DNA of 35,864 nucleotides, from assembly GCA_049999805.1 (NCBI GenBank), contig JBNGIO010006235.1, forward strand, positions 194,794 to 230,657, in the 5' to 3' direction. The stretch is from Folioceros fuciformis. Its lineage: Eukaryota. The position numbers and the translations under genes are program-made. The notes under the pieces are model-generated. The model saw nothing but the letters and a program-made list of their open reading frames with translations, was not told where the DNA came from and searched no databases. This document shows positions 1 through 11,185 of this stretch, piece after piece. Position 1 is the stretch's first letter; each line of letters opens with the position of its first letter.

Positions 1-2144
1 CGACTATGTCCCAGAGGATCCCTTCTCCCTGGACCGGGCGGCTTTTGCTCTGGCACTCTCCACTGCAATGCCGCTCCCTTCTCCAGCAGCACCTCAACCC
101 CCTTCAATTTGGCATCGCCACTCCAGGGGGCTGCGAGTCTGTGGTGCTAGGGGTGAAGGCTTGCCTTGATACCCACCCGGAGTGGGTGGTCTTACAGGTG
201 GATGTCGAGAATGCCTTCAATTCCATTGCCCGGAGCGTCATCTTTGAGGAGCTCAGGGATGCTGGCGGCGTCGTGGGGAGTCTTATACCGTTTGTCCGGT
301 GCTTCTACGGGGGGTCCTCCAACCTCTACTACCAGCACAGGACCGTCTCTTCAGGATTCACCGTCTCCGTCTTGGAATCGGCCACAGGTACCAGGCAAGG
401 CGACCCGCTAGGCGGTGCTCTCTTCGCCATTGCCCACTAGAGGGCCCTATCTAGGGCTGCCTCCTCCGCACGCGACTGTGTCTTCCCCTCGCTGGCAGAC
501 GATTCTCACATCCTCGGGCCTGGGAACAAAGTCAAGGAGGCCTTTGAGATCTTCTCTCACGAGCTTTCTTTGGTGGGCTTGAAGGTCAAGCTGCCCAAGT
601 GCCGCGTCTGGTCTCCGTCGGGGATCCTGCCTACTCTGCAGTTTCCTGCTGGGGAGATTGCTCCGGCTTTGGGACTGCGGATTCTAGGGGTACCCTTCGG
701 TCCCCCTGACTTCATCGGGAGCTTCCTAGACCAGGCCCTCGCAGAGGACGTCTCCCATGTTGAGGACCTCCCTTTGCTGGGGGATGCTCAGGTGGCCTTT
801 GGAATTCTGTCCTCCTGCTTCGCCAGGCGCCCTGGGTACCTCATCCGTACACTGCCTCCGTCTCCGGCCCTTTTGTCCCGGCTGCGGGGGTTTGATACGA
901 AGATTATGGATACTCTCGGGGACATCCTAGGCTCAGGGGCTTTTGAGTGCCCTGGGGGCGACCTGGCCCGCTGGCAAGCATCCCTGCCTTTGCAATTTGG
1001 AGGCGTTGGCCTGCTCTCATTGGAGGTCTCTTCCCCGGCGGCTTTCTTGGGGAGCTGGGCGCTCTCTTCCCCCGCCTTGGCTTCCCGCTTCATCCTCCAT
1101 GACAGGCCCTTTCTCGAGGATCTTGTATCAGGTGTGGAGGAGGGAACCTTCTCTCTCCAATCGTCCTTGAGGCAGGCCAGAGACATGTTATCAACGGATG
1201 CTCGGAAGGACTTCCCTCCTTTTTCCACATTTATCACTGATGGTTTTAGGGGGTTGCAGGCATCCCTACTGGAGAAGCAGCTCGGCCAGGCTTTTCAGTC
1301 TGTGTCCTCCAGGACCCGTCCATCTCCAAGTCCACTAGAGCGCGGCTCCGCTCTTGTTCTGGGAAGGGCGCAGGCGCTTGGCTAGTGGCTCGCCCATGCG
1401 TACGGGGATTTCACATTGCACCAACCACCTTCACTACTGCGATGTGTTTCCGTCTCGGCCTGCTCCAGCCTGTGGCCTCTTCGCTCCTTACCTGCGAGTG
1501 CCGATCTGCCCTTGATGACTCTGGTGTCCACCTTGCTCGTTGTCCCCACGGGGGTCATTGCATCGCCACTCACGATGCCATCCGTGATGTCATGTTTGCC
1601 ATGGCTCGCGAAAGTGGCTATATGGCCTGGAGGGAGCGGGGGTATGTATACTCTTCTTACAGGCCGTTCAATCAGGGCGGACCTGTACCTTGTCCGTGGC
1701 GATCAGGTTGTGGTGGCGGATGTAGTCGTTACTGACCCCACACGTGACACTACCTCCGCTCAGGGTCATCACCAACCGTCCAGGCTGGGCTGCTGCCCGT
1801 GCAGCGGCTCTCAAGTCCGCAAATACAGCAGGATGCAAGCGGGCCACCTCTTTATCCCGCTTGCGCTAGAAACGTATGGGGCAATGGCGGAGGGCTTTGA
1901 CAAATTCGTCAAGTCCTGTGCCAAAGCTTACCATGCGCGCAGGCATAGTGCAGGGCTGTCCCTCTCGTACTTCACAGCATATTTTCGACAGCGGGTTTCT
2001 ATTGCCCGTCAACGAGCGCTTTCAACGGCGATCCTCCACAAGGCAGCGACAGCGGGTGACACAGTTTCCTCTACCTCCGTGGTTTGCAGGCCGTTTATTC
2101 TTCCTGCATATCACATTGTGGGTGCAGTTGGTGACTTTAGGTAG
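1..2144 (+). mobile_element. Decayed CRE-clade (RLE-type) non-LTR retrotransposon, RT to 3' end; 5' part outside the window
   Basis: RT motifs QFGIATPGGCE, DVENAFNS, GTRQGDPL. Reading through TAG 438-440 gives SLADD in the same frame as the 570-1385 ORF. After a frameshift near 1300: ARLRSCSGKGAGAWL, zinc finger CEC..HLARC..HDAIRD, and RLE motifs RADL..ADVVVTDP..RKY..FIPLALETYG. AATAAA at 2235-2240. One in-frame stop and several frameshifts. Confidence 0.88.
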
Positions 2145-3678
2145 GGAGCTCAGTTGCTCCCCCTCACTTTGACCCCCGGGTCCCCTTTTGGTTGTCCCCT
2201 CCTAGATGGGCCCTTCCCATCGTTCTTTCACCTCAATAAATCACGTACATCTCATGTAGGGTAGGGAGCTCACTCAACGCACTCACCACAAGGCTTTGGC
2301 TTTTATCTGGTAGCAGTGCAACGAGTGGTGGTGTATGGATAGATGGATGCATATCCGCCCTCTTGCCCTGCGTGCACCACTTGTATAATATTTTTTTATT
2401 TTTTTATTTTATGGAGTGGGTGGACGAGCCAAGGCCAAGGCCAAGGCCAGCTGCCCCCCACCCCCACTACCCCCACTTTGGTTGTGCTGGTCAACAATTC
2501 AATTTTAATTTTGTGGACCCCTGGGAGTGACAATCCCCGCGGATGGATCCCTTGACCAATTCTTTCCAGACCCCCATCATGGGGCCATGTGGCCATGTGG
2601 TGGTACCAGGTGGGGCAGCCCGGCCCATCACGTCGCTTTCTTTGGATTCACTCCCTCCCCTAAATGGAGCTTGCTGCCTGGCCTGTGCAGGCAGCTCCAC
2701 TCACAGCTCACAGGCGGGGCGGGCACCTACATACAGTACAGTACCTTCTTCTGGTGCATGTACTGTACATATGCAGAAAAGGTGGTGAACCTGACGAGGC
2801 ACGCTCCCCCTTTCGCAACGGCAGGGCATCATTGCATTCCCTTTCCCTCACGGCATTCCCTGGATTCCTGTTGTGCCAAGGCCCTAAATTCTGTTCCGTT
2901 TTTTCTCCCACTTATGATCGTCGCGTGTACACGGCTAATGAATCGTTCACAGAAAATGAGAAAACGAAAACTACACCAAATTACAACAATCCAAGTCCAT
3001 GTCTAAAAATAAGAACAGGACAACAAAATACTACTCCTAATCATAATATTCAATTAAGGATAGGGCAGTAAATTAAATTGTCCAGGCAACAAAAATGTTA
3101 CATCTCCTTGTAACAATGCATCCAGTAAGGATCAATATCCTAAAAAAACAAAAAGTCAATGTTACTCCCACTGTTAGTGTTCAGCCGAGGATGGTGAATG
3201 GTCCAAGAAAAGGAAATACCCTCACCAGCAATTTCTTCGTTAGGATTTAGGGTCCCCTGATTTTCCAATGCGAAAAGACCGTCAGGAATAAGGAAATATC
3301 ACAACTCCAACGAGTAAAAGAAAATATCACGTTGTGGCAACTTATAATACTACGCTAAGTATGGAGGGCGATTGAGAACTATTGACATACGATAAAATAA
3401 ATCCATCCTTCATGAATGAATGGACGATCACTTAGAAAAGATCAAGATGATAAAATTATTTTATATTTCAAATTATGAGATACATTGATATCTACATTTT
3501 CTATCCATGAACAACTTCATGAGACTGAATCAATAATAAAAATATCCTTAAAATATCAACTTGCCTCGTTCCTCATCACTTGTGGCACTGTGCACCTTGT
3601 ACGCACATGGTTCCAGTGCATCTTTCATTCCACCACAAAACAAAACCAGCGTAGCGTTCGAAAAAAAAACTTGTCAGG

Positions 3679-4945
3679 TCAAATTGCACTGATTACACTG
3701 GAGAGGATCCGCCCTGCAGCCTGAAGACAAACCGATGAGCAAAAGACAGAGAAGTTCATGTCAGTACCGCATGCTTTTGCTCAATTGCCAGGCAGGTGAA
3801 ACCAAAAGGATGTGGAGAGGCAGGCCAATGGGAGGCAAGGGCTCGTAGATAGGAGAGGTACCCCGGACACGATGCCGGCCCAGTCTGTCGGATCGGACAT
3901 GTTGGCGAGGGAAGTGATCACATTTGCCCAGCTTGACGGTCTAAGCACCTCGGATCCTTTCTTCTTGACGTAGTAGACGTAGAAGGTGTATGGCCCCTTG
4001 GACATCTTGGAGCGAGCGAACTCGTAGGTAGGCATCTTCCTCAAAACCTCGCTTCCGAACGCCCCCATAGGTACCGTATCAGGCCGCCCCACTACCACCT
4101 CATCCACATCCTCCCTATTGTTGCAGACCACAATGACGCACTTTTTCCCGCTGGTGCCGACACCCAGGGTCGCGACGTGATACACGTTCTGAATGAGCCT
4201 GCCCCGTGCGGACTGGGAGTAGGTCACGAGGCCGTGCTCCTTGTACTCCTTGCAGTGGAGGGGGTACGCCCGCTGCGCCACCTGCTTCCCGAAATCCAGC
4301 CCCTTCACCGTCTCCGCCGGCTGGAAACCGTTGGAAGCCCATATTTTCAGCAAACCGGATCCTTGTTCCTCGCCCCCAGTGGCCACGGCCTGCCCATTCC
4401 CATCAACGGGACCTTCAAAAACAAAGCGAACGCACTCAAGGCCGTTGGGGAAGCGCAGCCGGGTGAACTCCACCCTATTAGCCGTCTCACTCCCGTGCAC
4501 GTAGGGCGGGAACACCAACCCATTGGGATCGGGAGATAGTCCCAAGTGGCGCACCATAGCCTGGAGCGGTCCCATGTTAGCTTGTGACTGCATCGCCATG
4601 GGAAAGGGCGGATCCTGAGCACCGACATCCTGCGCACCGTCGCGGACTCGCTGCCTTCCGGAGTAACTCATGACACACCTCCAGCTCCAGCAAACCGTCA
4701 ATCCGCTTCTATCAGCTGCAGGCGCGGCTTCTCTTCCTTAGGAGGGGCCTTCAAAGCAGCTCTGTCCGGTGTGCAGTGTGCAGTGCATGTTCTCAACATG
4801 TTCCACAACAGGTTTGAATTTCTTCACAATACCGGCCAATGCGTCGCAATGCTTGTGACACTGTGCCGCATTCTTTACCTCCTTTTATCAACTGATCCAA
4901 AAGCATACCAACAGTGTAGGGAACGAGACCTCCTGGATCTGCCAT
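3679..4945 (-). pseudogene. Probable RPW8/HeLo-like N-terminal helical domain fused to an unknown C-terminal domain; frameshifted in the N-terminal part
   Basis: ATG 4945 gives MADPGGLVPYTVGMLLDQLIKGGKECGTVSQALRRIGRYCEEI; after a frameshift KPVVEHVENM...CWSWRCVMSY, resembling the RPW8 pattern by eye. The 3781-4701 frame is open for about 300 codons. A predicted phase-0 GT-AG intron 3861-3721 adds the terminal exon AAGRILSSVISAI* (3720-3679). Confidence 0.5.
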
Positions 4946-5189
4946 AGCCCCCCAGCAGACCTCTGGAAGACCGAGTGCAACGCTAGCAACAGTCTTGTCC
5001 AAGCTAAGTGCACGGTACAGTATGAGCTCACCCAACTCATGATCGCCATCGTCGTCCTGATCCACAGCCACCCTGATAGTGAGCTCTACAGTATTTCAGA
5101 TTTCGTACACAGTACAACGAGTGGACCGGACTGATTGCCGAACCACTGCCTTTTGCAGAGTTCTATATTGCAGATTCGCATTACCATAC

Positions 5190-6600
5190 CTAGCGCACGT
5201 GGAGGCAGGCTGGAGGAGGCTAAGGATGTGCTCACCAGAGTGGAGGGCCTCGTTTTGGCTGACCATGTTACATTTGCCTGCCTTTTAAAGGCCTGTGCAA
5301 GGACTGGGGACTTACAGAATGGCAGCCATTTGCACTTACAGATTGCTGAAAGACAATCTAGTGTTGGGCACCTGCCTCGTTGACATGTATGCAAAATGTG
5401 GTCAAATGGAAGATGCACGCCGTGTTTTTGACAGCTTGGCCACCAAGAACGTGGTGACACGGACGGCCCTGTGTGCTGGGTATGCACGGCAAGGGCTCGA
5501 CCAAGAGGCCCTTGTCGTGTATGGACAAATGGAGGAGGAGGGGCTCATCCTGGCTGACCATGTAACATTCGCTTGCCTTCTCAAGGCCTGTGCAAGCACT
5601 GGTGCCTTACAGAAGGGCAAGCAGCTGCACTCGCAGATTGTGGAAAGAGGACTGCTGGATAACGTGGTGTTGGGCACCTGCCTGGTGGTCATGTACGCAA
5701 AATGTGGTGAAGTAGAAGATGCATGCCACATTTTTGACAGCATGAAAACAAAGAATGTGGTGACATGGAATGCCCTGATATCTGAGTATGGTAGTCTGTG
5801 ATGATGGTCAGAGAGCTGTAGCTTGTTTTCAGGACATGTTAGATGCGGGTATCCAATATGATGGTGGTACTTTCACTTGCCTTCTATCAGCATGCAGTCA
5901 TGAGGGACTTGTGCAGGAGGGTCTCAAACACTTTGATTCCATGGCTGAAGAGCATGGCATCCAACCCACTATTGAGCATTACACCTGCATGGTCGATCTT
6001 CTTGGGCGTGCAGGCCAGTTAGGTGAGGCTGAGAGCTTGCTAGTGTCATGTGAGGGCCAAAGTAATGTTGTGGTCTTGACGTCCTTGTTGAATGCGTGCA
6101 AAAATCACGGGGACAGAGAGAGGGCGATGTGGTGTTTTTGGAAGCATTGTCAGGTTGGACCCCCACGAGGCGCCTGCGTATGTGTTCATGGCCAATGCTT
6201 ACGCAGATGCAGGCAGGTGGACCGATGTACACAGAGTCGAAACACAGAGACACATAGCAGGAGCTCACAAGAAACCTGCGGTGGCGACCGTTGAGATGAA
6301 TAAGCAGGTACATAAGTTCCTGGTGGGAGAAAGGAGGGAGGCCTCATATTGCCCTTAAGGTAGAGAGCTCGAATGCACGGCTGAAGCTGGAAGGGGGCCA
6401 TGTACCTCACACAAAATTGGTGTTGAAGCCAGTTTCTGAGACGGAGAAGGAAGATGCGCCTTGTGGGCATGCTGAGAAGCTTGCCCTGGCGTTTGGTCTG
6501 TTGAAGACTCCGAGTGCGACCCCTCTGGTGGTAACGAAGAATCTACGGATGTGCAGTGACTGCCACAGTTCCACAGAGATCATGTCAAGGCTCATGTCAA
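5190..6600 (+). pseudogene. PLS-class PPR-E-DYW (KP-type) RNA-editing factor pseudogene, copy 1
   Basis: P/L/S repeats (DMYAKCG..ARRVFDSL..NVVT; DHVTFACLLKAC), TFTCLLSACSHEG / HYTCMVDLLGRAG, E domain, KKPAVATVEM (6269), CGHAEKLALAFGL (HAE at 6468), KNLRMCSDCH. Several frameshifts and internal deletions; truncated before the DYW C-terminus. Confidence 0.93.
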
Positions 6601-6764
6601 GATCATGTCATGCCAACAACCCATAAACAACAATACTATGCAATGAAGCTCCCTTAACAACTCTTTCCTTAAACTCGACCCTAATCAAAAGCCCTTTCTT
6701 GTATGATTTATGCAGATGCGAATGAGAAACCGTCTGTATGTCATTCGACACTCTCTTATGCTGC

Positions 6765-7025
6765 CGAAGCTCTCTACTTCTCTCTGGAGCGGCTTTGAGC
6801 ACCCACAAATCTCTACCCTACCCGGGCACAAGAGGAAACATCAGGGCTCAATTTCAGGAGCTGCACCCTTCAAACTTGAGCTTTAGGGGCTCCTTGCAGC
6901 CCTTCAAACTTGAGCTACGTTACGTCCAGCCGCGCTTCTTCAGGAAGTTCAAGCATGCAAATCGTAAAAGCTAAACACTATGTCATACACCCCTTGAGGC
7001 TTGCGGGCTTGCAAGTCTAGCCAGC
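6765..7025 (+). repeat. Dispersed non-coding repeat; second copy at ~12275-12485
   Basis: Shared blocks cacccacaaat..ggcacaagaggaaacatcaggg, ctgcacccttcaaactt and aagctaaacactatgtc in both places, same orientation. Confidence 0.8.
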
Positions 7026-8619
7026 CACACACACTACGCGCCTCATTTGTGCGTGGCAAACAAGGAGAGGAAAACCACATCCGGTCGAAATGGTCCTGTT
7101 ATGGACAAGCTCTCGTCCTCTCCGATTTCAGCCTGTCTGGAACACAGGAGCAGAGATTGTCTGCTGGACATGGTAGGTCGTAGAAGAGAAATCCTTCTGC
7201 ACCTCTTCATTTGCGCATGATGCCATTGGCAATGCCCCGCTCATGGACTCATATGATATGTTCCTCAGTGGAGGGGTCAGGCATCTGGTTGGCGTGGTGG
7301 CAGTGCAAGACAGGCCAGGACGAATGGGCCGTTCTGTTGGAAGGCTGGCATCGGATGATGTTCGACATCTCTGCCCTACAACACCTCGACTCACAACACT
7401 GTGCCTTTGGCCCGGTACAAACTGGACATAACTCACACGGAAAGAGAAGTTGGCCAAGTTGTGTCACTTCTGCAGCCAGCCAGCGAGGGATGAGGATCTG
7501 CATCTCGGAGGCAACGCCTTACTATTCACCAAGCCGAAACGAGTCGCACAGCCTGGCTAATGAAACATCTGTCTACCAACACCGACACACGCCCCGTTCA
7601 CAATTCCACTTGACATCCCATCCTGAAGAATCCCGACAAGAACAAACTTACTTGAAATCAACCTGTGGATTAGGCAACTCGAGATTCATCGACGAGAATT
7701 TGCTCGAAATCTGCTTTTGGAGTTCTAGCCGTTACCCACGATAGCTCCACAAACCGAAACAGACCCAACACGGCACACAGCAGGTCGGTCTACTATTTCT
7801 TGAATCTGAACCGACCGAGAGATGTCAGATATGTCACTACAAGCAGCTCACGGTACAATGCAACACCATTTTCCACATGCGGTCGGTCTGGAGCTTGCCT
7901 TGCACACACACGTTTCGTCCGTGACCGCGAACTTTCATAGCCGCTGCTGATGGGAACAACAATATTATGTTGCCTACTGTTTTGTGAAGAGAACCGGGGC
8001 TTTATTCGAAAGGGAGCGACAAGGCCGTGCTCCAAACCAGGATACAGGACGCCGAGAAGACCGAACCCGAATCACTGGACAAGGCCCCTTCATGTGCTAC
8101 CAACCGTAATCCAGTTATCACAAGCCGTGAGCTACAGCTCCGTTCTGTCTGGTGCCACTGTGACATGAAGGCAGAGGCTACAGACGCGATTCCAGAGAGG
8201 CACATCCTGCCCCAGCTTTTGGCTGGTCGGGAAGGGAAGATGGGGCATACATCCTCACGCCGGTGTACAGAACATTGTAAAAACCAGAAGACCCCAAACT
8301 TGAACTTTGCCTCTTGAAACCAAGAGCTCCTAGCTGTGTACAAACACAGCACCTTCTTCCCTCCCTACACATAGCCTCCATGACCCATCATCTGTTCATC
8401 CACACAAGGTCCCTGTGAGAGGGTCTCTCTTGCCAAACAGGAATTAAGTAATGCATAGAAAGGGAGAAGTGAGAAGATCCTATTACAAGCAGTTCGATAC
8501 ACCAACAAACAGACAGTATGTAGCTAGAGACGATACCTGACACTTGATGGAAGGCATCACAGGCCCTGACCACCCGCTACTCACGCTAGCCAACCAGGCA
8601 TGTGTAGCGAATGGAATGG

Positions 8620-9399
8620 TTAAGACCAGTATAGCTTTCCAGTAATTGTGGTGACGACCTGGGGCCACTGCACTTCCTCCATGTTCGTGACCTCATTAAT
8701 CACTCTTGTAAGAATGCTCAACACATCTTCTGTTTGAGAGTGCTCAATGATGGCTTTCATGAAAGCTATGATGACGTTTGTGCCTTCCTTCACATCTCTC
8801 AAAGATATATCTCCAGGACTGGTGGAGAAAACGGTTAGGAAGTCTTTCACAGAAGACAGGAGTCGAACTCTCTTGCTGACTTGGCTTCCCTCAACGTCTG
8901 ACACATTGGCTTTGCTGCTGGTGGCAGGGTTGGCGGTGCTTGACCCCTGCGATTTCATGCTTTTCAGAAGATTGCCAGTGCCTCGACAAGCATTTACGAC
9001 AAGCACCTTAGGCTTGTTTGCCAAATATTTGCATTCAGCGATGGGCTTCAAAATATCATCTTCAACATAAAGCTTCTCGGCCTTGTCTTTTTCCCCTAAG
9101 AGCACGTACTCTCTTCCGTCTTCATCAGTCCCACCATGGGCGTTCATGCAAAACAGAAAGCAGTCGTCCTCTGCTAGGAAAGGGACTTCGGGCTTCACAG
9201 GCCGTCGCCCGTCCAGGAGAAGCAAAGCCCTGTAAGCGCTTTGAGTATCATGGCATGCCAAGGTTTCCCTGATGATGGCGCCCTTTCCCTTGCACGCCAG
9301 GTTTTCGACAGCTTGGTCACGAAGGATGTGGTAGCATGGAATGCCCTCATAGCTGGGTATGCGCGAATGGAGGAGGAGGGCCTCGTTTTGGCTGACCAT
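8620..9399 (-). CDS. Caspase-like cysteine protease domain (clan CD, C14A-like p20+p10); native 5' end apparently lost at ~9290
   Basis: Open, intronless frame. DCFLFCMNAHG (His 9136-9138), YLANKPKVLVVNACRG (Cys 8986-8988), S/T-rich linker, p10-like DFLTVFSTSPGDISLRDVKEGT..ILTRVINEV..QWPQVVTTITGKLYW*. Codons 9399-9291 are the antisense strand of the adjoining PPR fragment, so the ATG at 9399 is probably not native. Confidence 0.85.
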   Translation of the reverse strand: MVSQNEALLLHSRIPSYEGIPCYHILRDQAVENLACKGKGAIIRETLACHDTQSAYRALLLLDGRRPVKPEVPFLAEDDCFLFCMNAHGGTDEDGREYVLLGEKDKAEKLYVEDDILKPIAECKYLANKPKVLVVNACRGTGNLLKSMKSQGSSTANPATSSKANVSDVEGSQVSKRVRLLSSVKDFLTVFSTSPGDISLRDVKEGTNVIIAFMKAIIEHSQTEDVLSILTRVINEVTNMEEVQWPQVVTTITGKLYWS

Positions 9400-10230
9400 G
9401 TTACATTTGCCTGCCTTCTAAAGGCCTGTTCATACAGAATGGCAGCCATTTGCACTCACAGATTGCTGAAAGATAATCTAGTGTTGGGCACCTGCCTAGT
9501 TGACATGTATGCAAAATGTGGTCAAATGGAAGATGCACGCCGTGTTTTCGACAGCTTGGCCACCAAGAACGTGGTGACATGGACGGCCCTGTGTGCTGGG
9601 TATGCACAGCAAGGGCTCGGCCAAGAGGCCCTTCTCATGTAGGGACAAAATGGAGGAGGAGGGGCTCATCCTAGCTGACCACGTAACATTGGCTTGCCTT
9701 CTGAAGGCCTGTGGAAGCACTGGTGCCTTACAGAAGGGCAAGCAGCTGCACTCGCAGACTGTGGAAAGAAGACTGCTGGATAACGTGGTGTTGGGCACCT
9801 GCCTGGTGGACGTATGCAAAATGTGGTGAAGTAGAAGATGCACGCCACATGTTTGACAGCATGAAAACAAAGAATGTGGTGACATGGAATGCCCTGATAT
9901 CTGGCTGTGGTAGTTGTGATGATCATCTGGTCAGAGAGCAGTAGCTTGTTTTCAGGAGATGTTAGATGCGGGTATCCAGCCTGATGGTGGTACTTTCACT
10001 TGCCTTCTATCAGCATGTAGTCATGAGGGACTTGTGCAGGAGGGTCTCAAACATTTTGATTCCATGGCTGAACAGCATGGCATCAAACCCACTATTGAGC
10101 ATTACACCTGCATGGTCGATATTCTTGGGCGTGCAGGCCATTTAGGTGAGGCTGAGAGCTTGCTATTGTCATCTGAGGGCCGAAGTAATGTTGTTGTTTT
10201 GACGTGCTTGTTGAATGCGCGCAAAAGTCA
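9291..10230 (+). pseudogene. PLS-class PPR pseudogene, copy 2 (close duplicate of ~5240-6105)
   Basis: Long near-identical runs with copy 1, including shared lesions; extra stop near 9640; ends within the E domain. Confidence 0.92.
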
Positions 10231-10244
10231 AAATTTGAGAACAG

Positions 10245-10547
10245 GATATGGATGGCCTTAGGGTGATCCACCTCTCTCTCTCTTAAGCACTACCTTGATA
10301 GGTATGCGGGATTGAGTGTGGGCAAACCAAACCCCGCTCTCTCTCTGTGGAATGTCATGCTTCAGATCGATTCAAGTGGCAGAGCGTAACAACACCAACT
10401 GACCTTTTTCTGGGTACCCAACGACAATACGCCTGCAATATCTAAGAGATCCTTCTTTCTTTCATGGTGATGTTGTCTTGCACAGTTCGTAGCCTGTACA
10501 TACGTGGTCTACCTGGTTTAGTCTGTTGTCATAGCCTCTCCGTCGCT
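10245..10547 (+). repeat. PPR-family upstream module; copies at ~17180-17545 and partly ~13560-13795
   Basis: ggatatggatggccttagggtgatccacctctctc ... gtctgttgtcatagcctctccgtcgctgga shared with 17180-17545. About 10485-10660 is nearly identical to about 13620-13795. Confidence 0.88.
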
Positions 10548-10599
10548 GGAGCATTTGAGGACGGGGAGTAGGGTGAGTTTAGGGTAGAGAGGTGGTGGT

Positions 10600-11185
10600 G
10601 AGATTCCAAGGCTCCAACTGCATCAGAAAGCTTGCCCTGCTCACGTAACACCCCTTTCCCTCCCGTCCGCGTGCCATCCCGTCCGCGTGCCAGGTTTAGC
10701 ATGAACAGGAGAGCCCAACTTGGAAGACGAGACACAATGAGCCTGAGCCTGAGCCTCACCCATCAGAATATCGAATGGAACGAGCTGCTCATCAACCCAA
10801 GCTGGCTTGTGCATGCTGTTCAGCCACAGCACCTCGCCGGACACCTTACGTCGGAAGTCAGGCGAACGGGAGCTCTTCTTATCTCGTCTGTTGTCCCCAA
10901 CCTGGTAGGGTCCAGGAAAAATTCGTACCACAAGTGCTGCTCCTGCTCCTGACGGCGAGCATCCCTGGAAATCCCGTCCCCGCCACTCACACCTTCCCTG
11001 GGAAGGTGCAGTGCTGGGCTACGAGTCCTTGCACTGCTGCATCTGGAGGTCTTGTGTGCCAGGGGTTGCCACCCCAAGCTGTGATGCTTCGGAGCTCCTC
11101 CTAGAATTCGTGTACAAATAGCGTTTTGTTGGGCGCACAACGGGTCCATTTGATGCCATGCCGCTGTGGCCATCGTCCAGCGATG
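10600..11185 (-). pseudogene. Inverted 5' fragment of the same PPR gene family (upstream region and first codons)
   Basis: Minus strand encodes EQGKLSDAVGALES (cf. QQGKLSEAVGALDS at ~18020 +). Similar to the reverse complement of ~17540-18065 and directly similar to ~22460-23330. Confidence 0.8.

Noticed and set aside
438-440. In-frame TAG in the retroelement (and stops in PPR copies) repaired by U-to-C editing
   Set aside because: Such editing is organellar, and accompanying frameshifts indicate ordinary decay.
2280-3660. Possible MITE, RNA gene or organellar insert in the mixed GC/AT spacer
   Set aside because: No terminal inverted repeats, tRNA/rRNA signature or credible ORF found by eye.
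7030-8600. Overlapping 60-177 aa ORFs downstream of the caspase
   Set aside because: No recognisable motif or consistent splice pattern; possibly eroded coding DNA but unsupported.
8620-9290. Ordinary plant metacaspase
   Set aside because: Lacks the SGHG and DxCHSG motifs; has ACRG and a caspase-style p10 instead.
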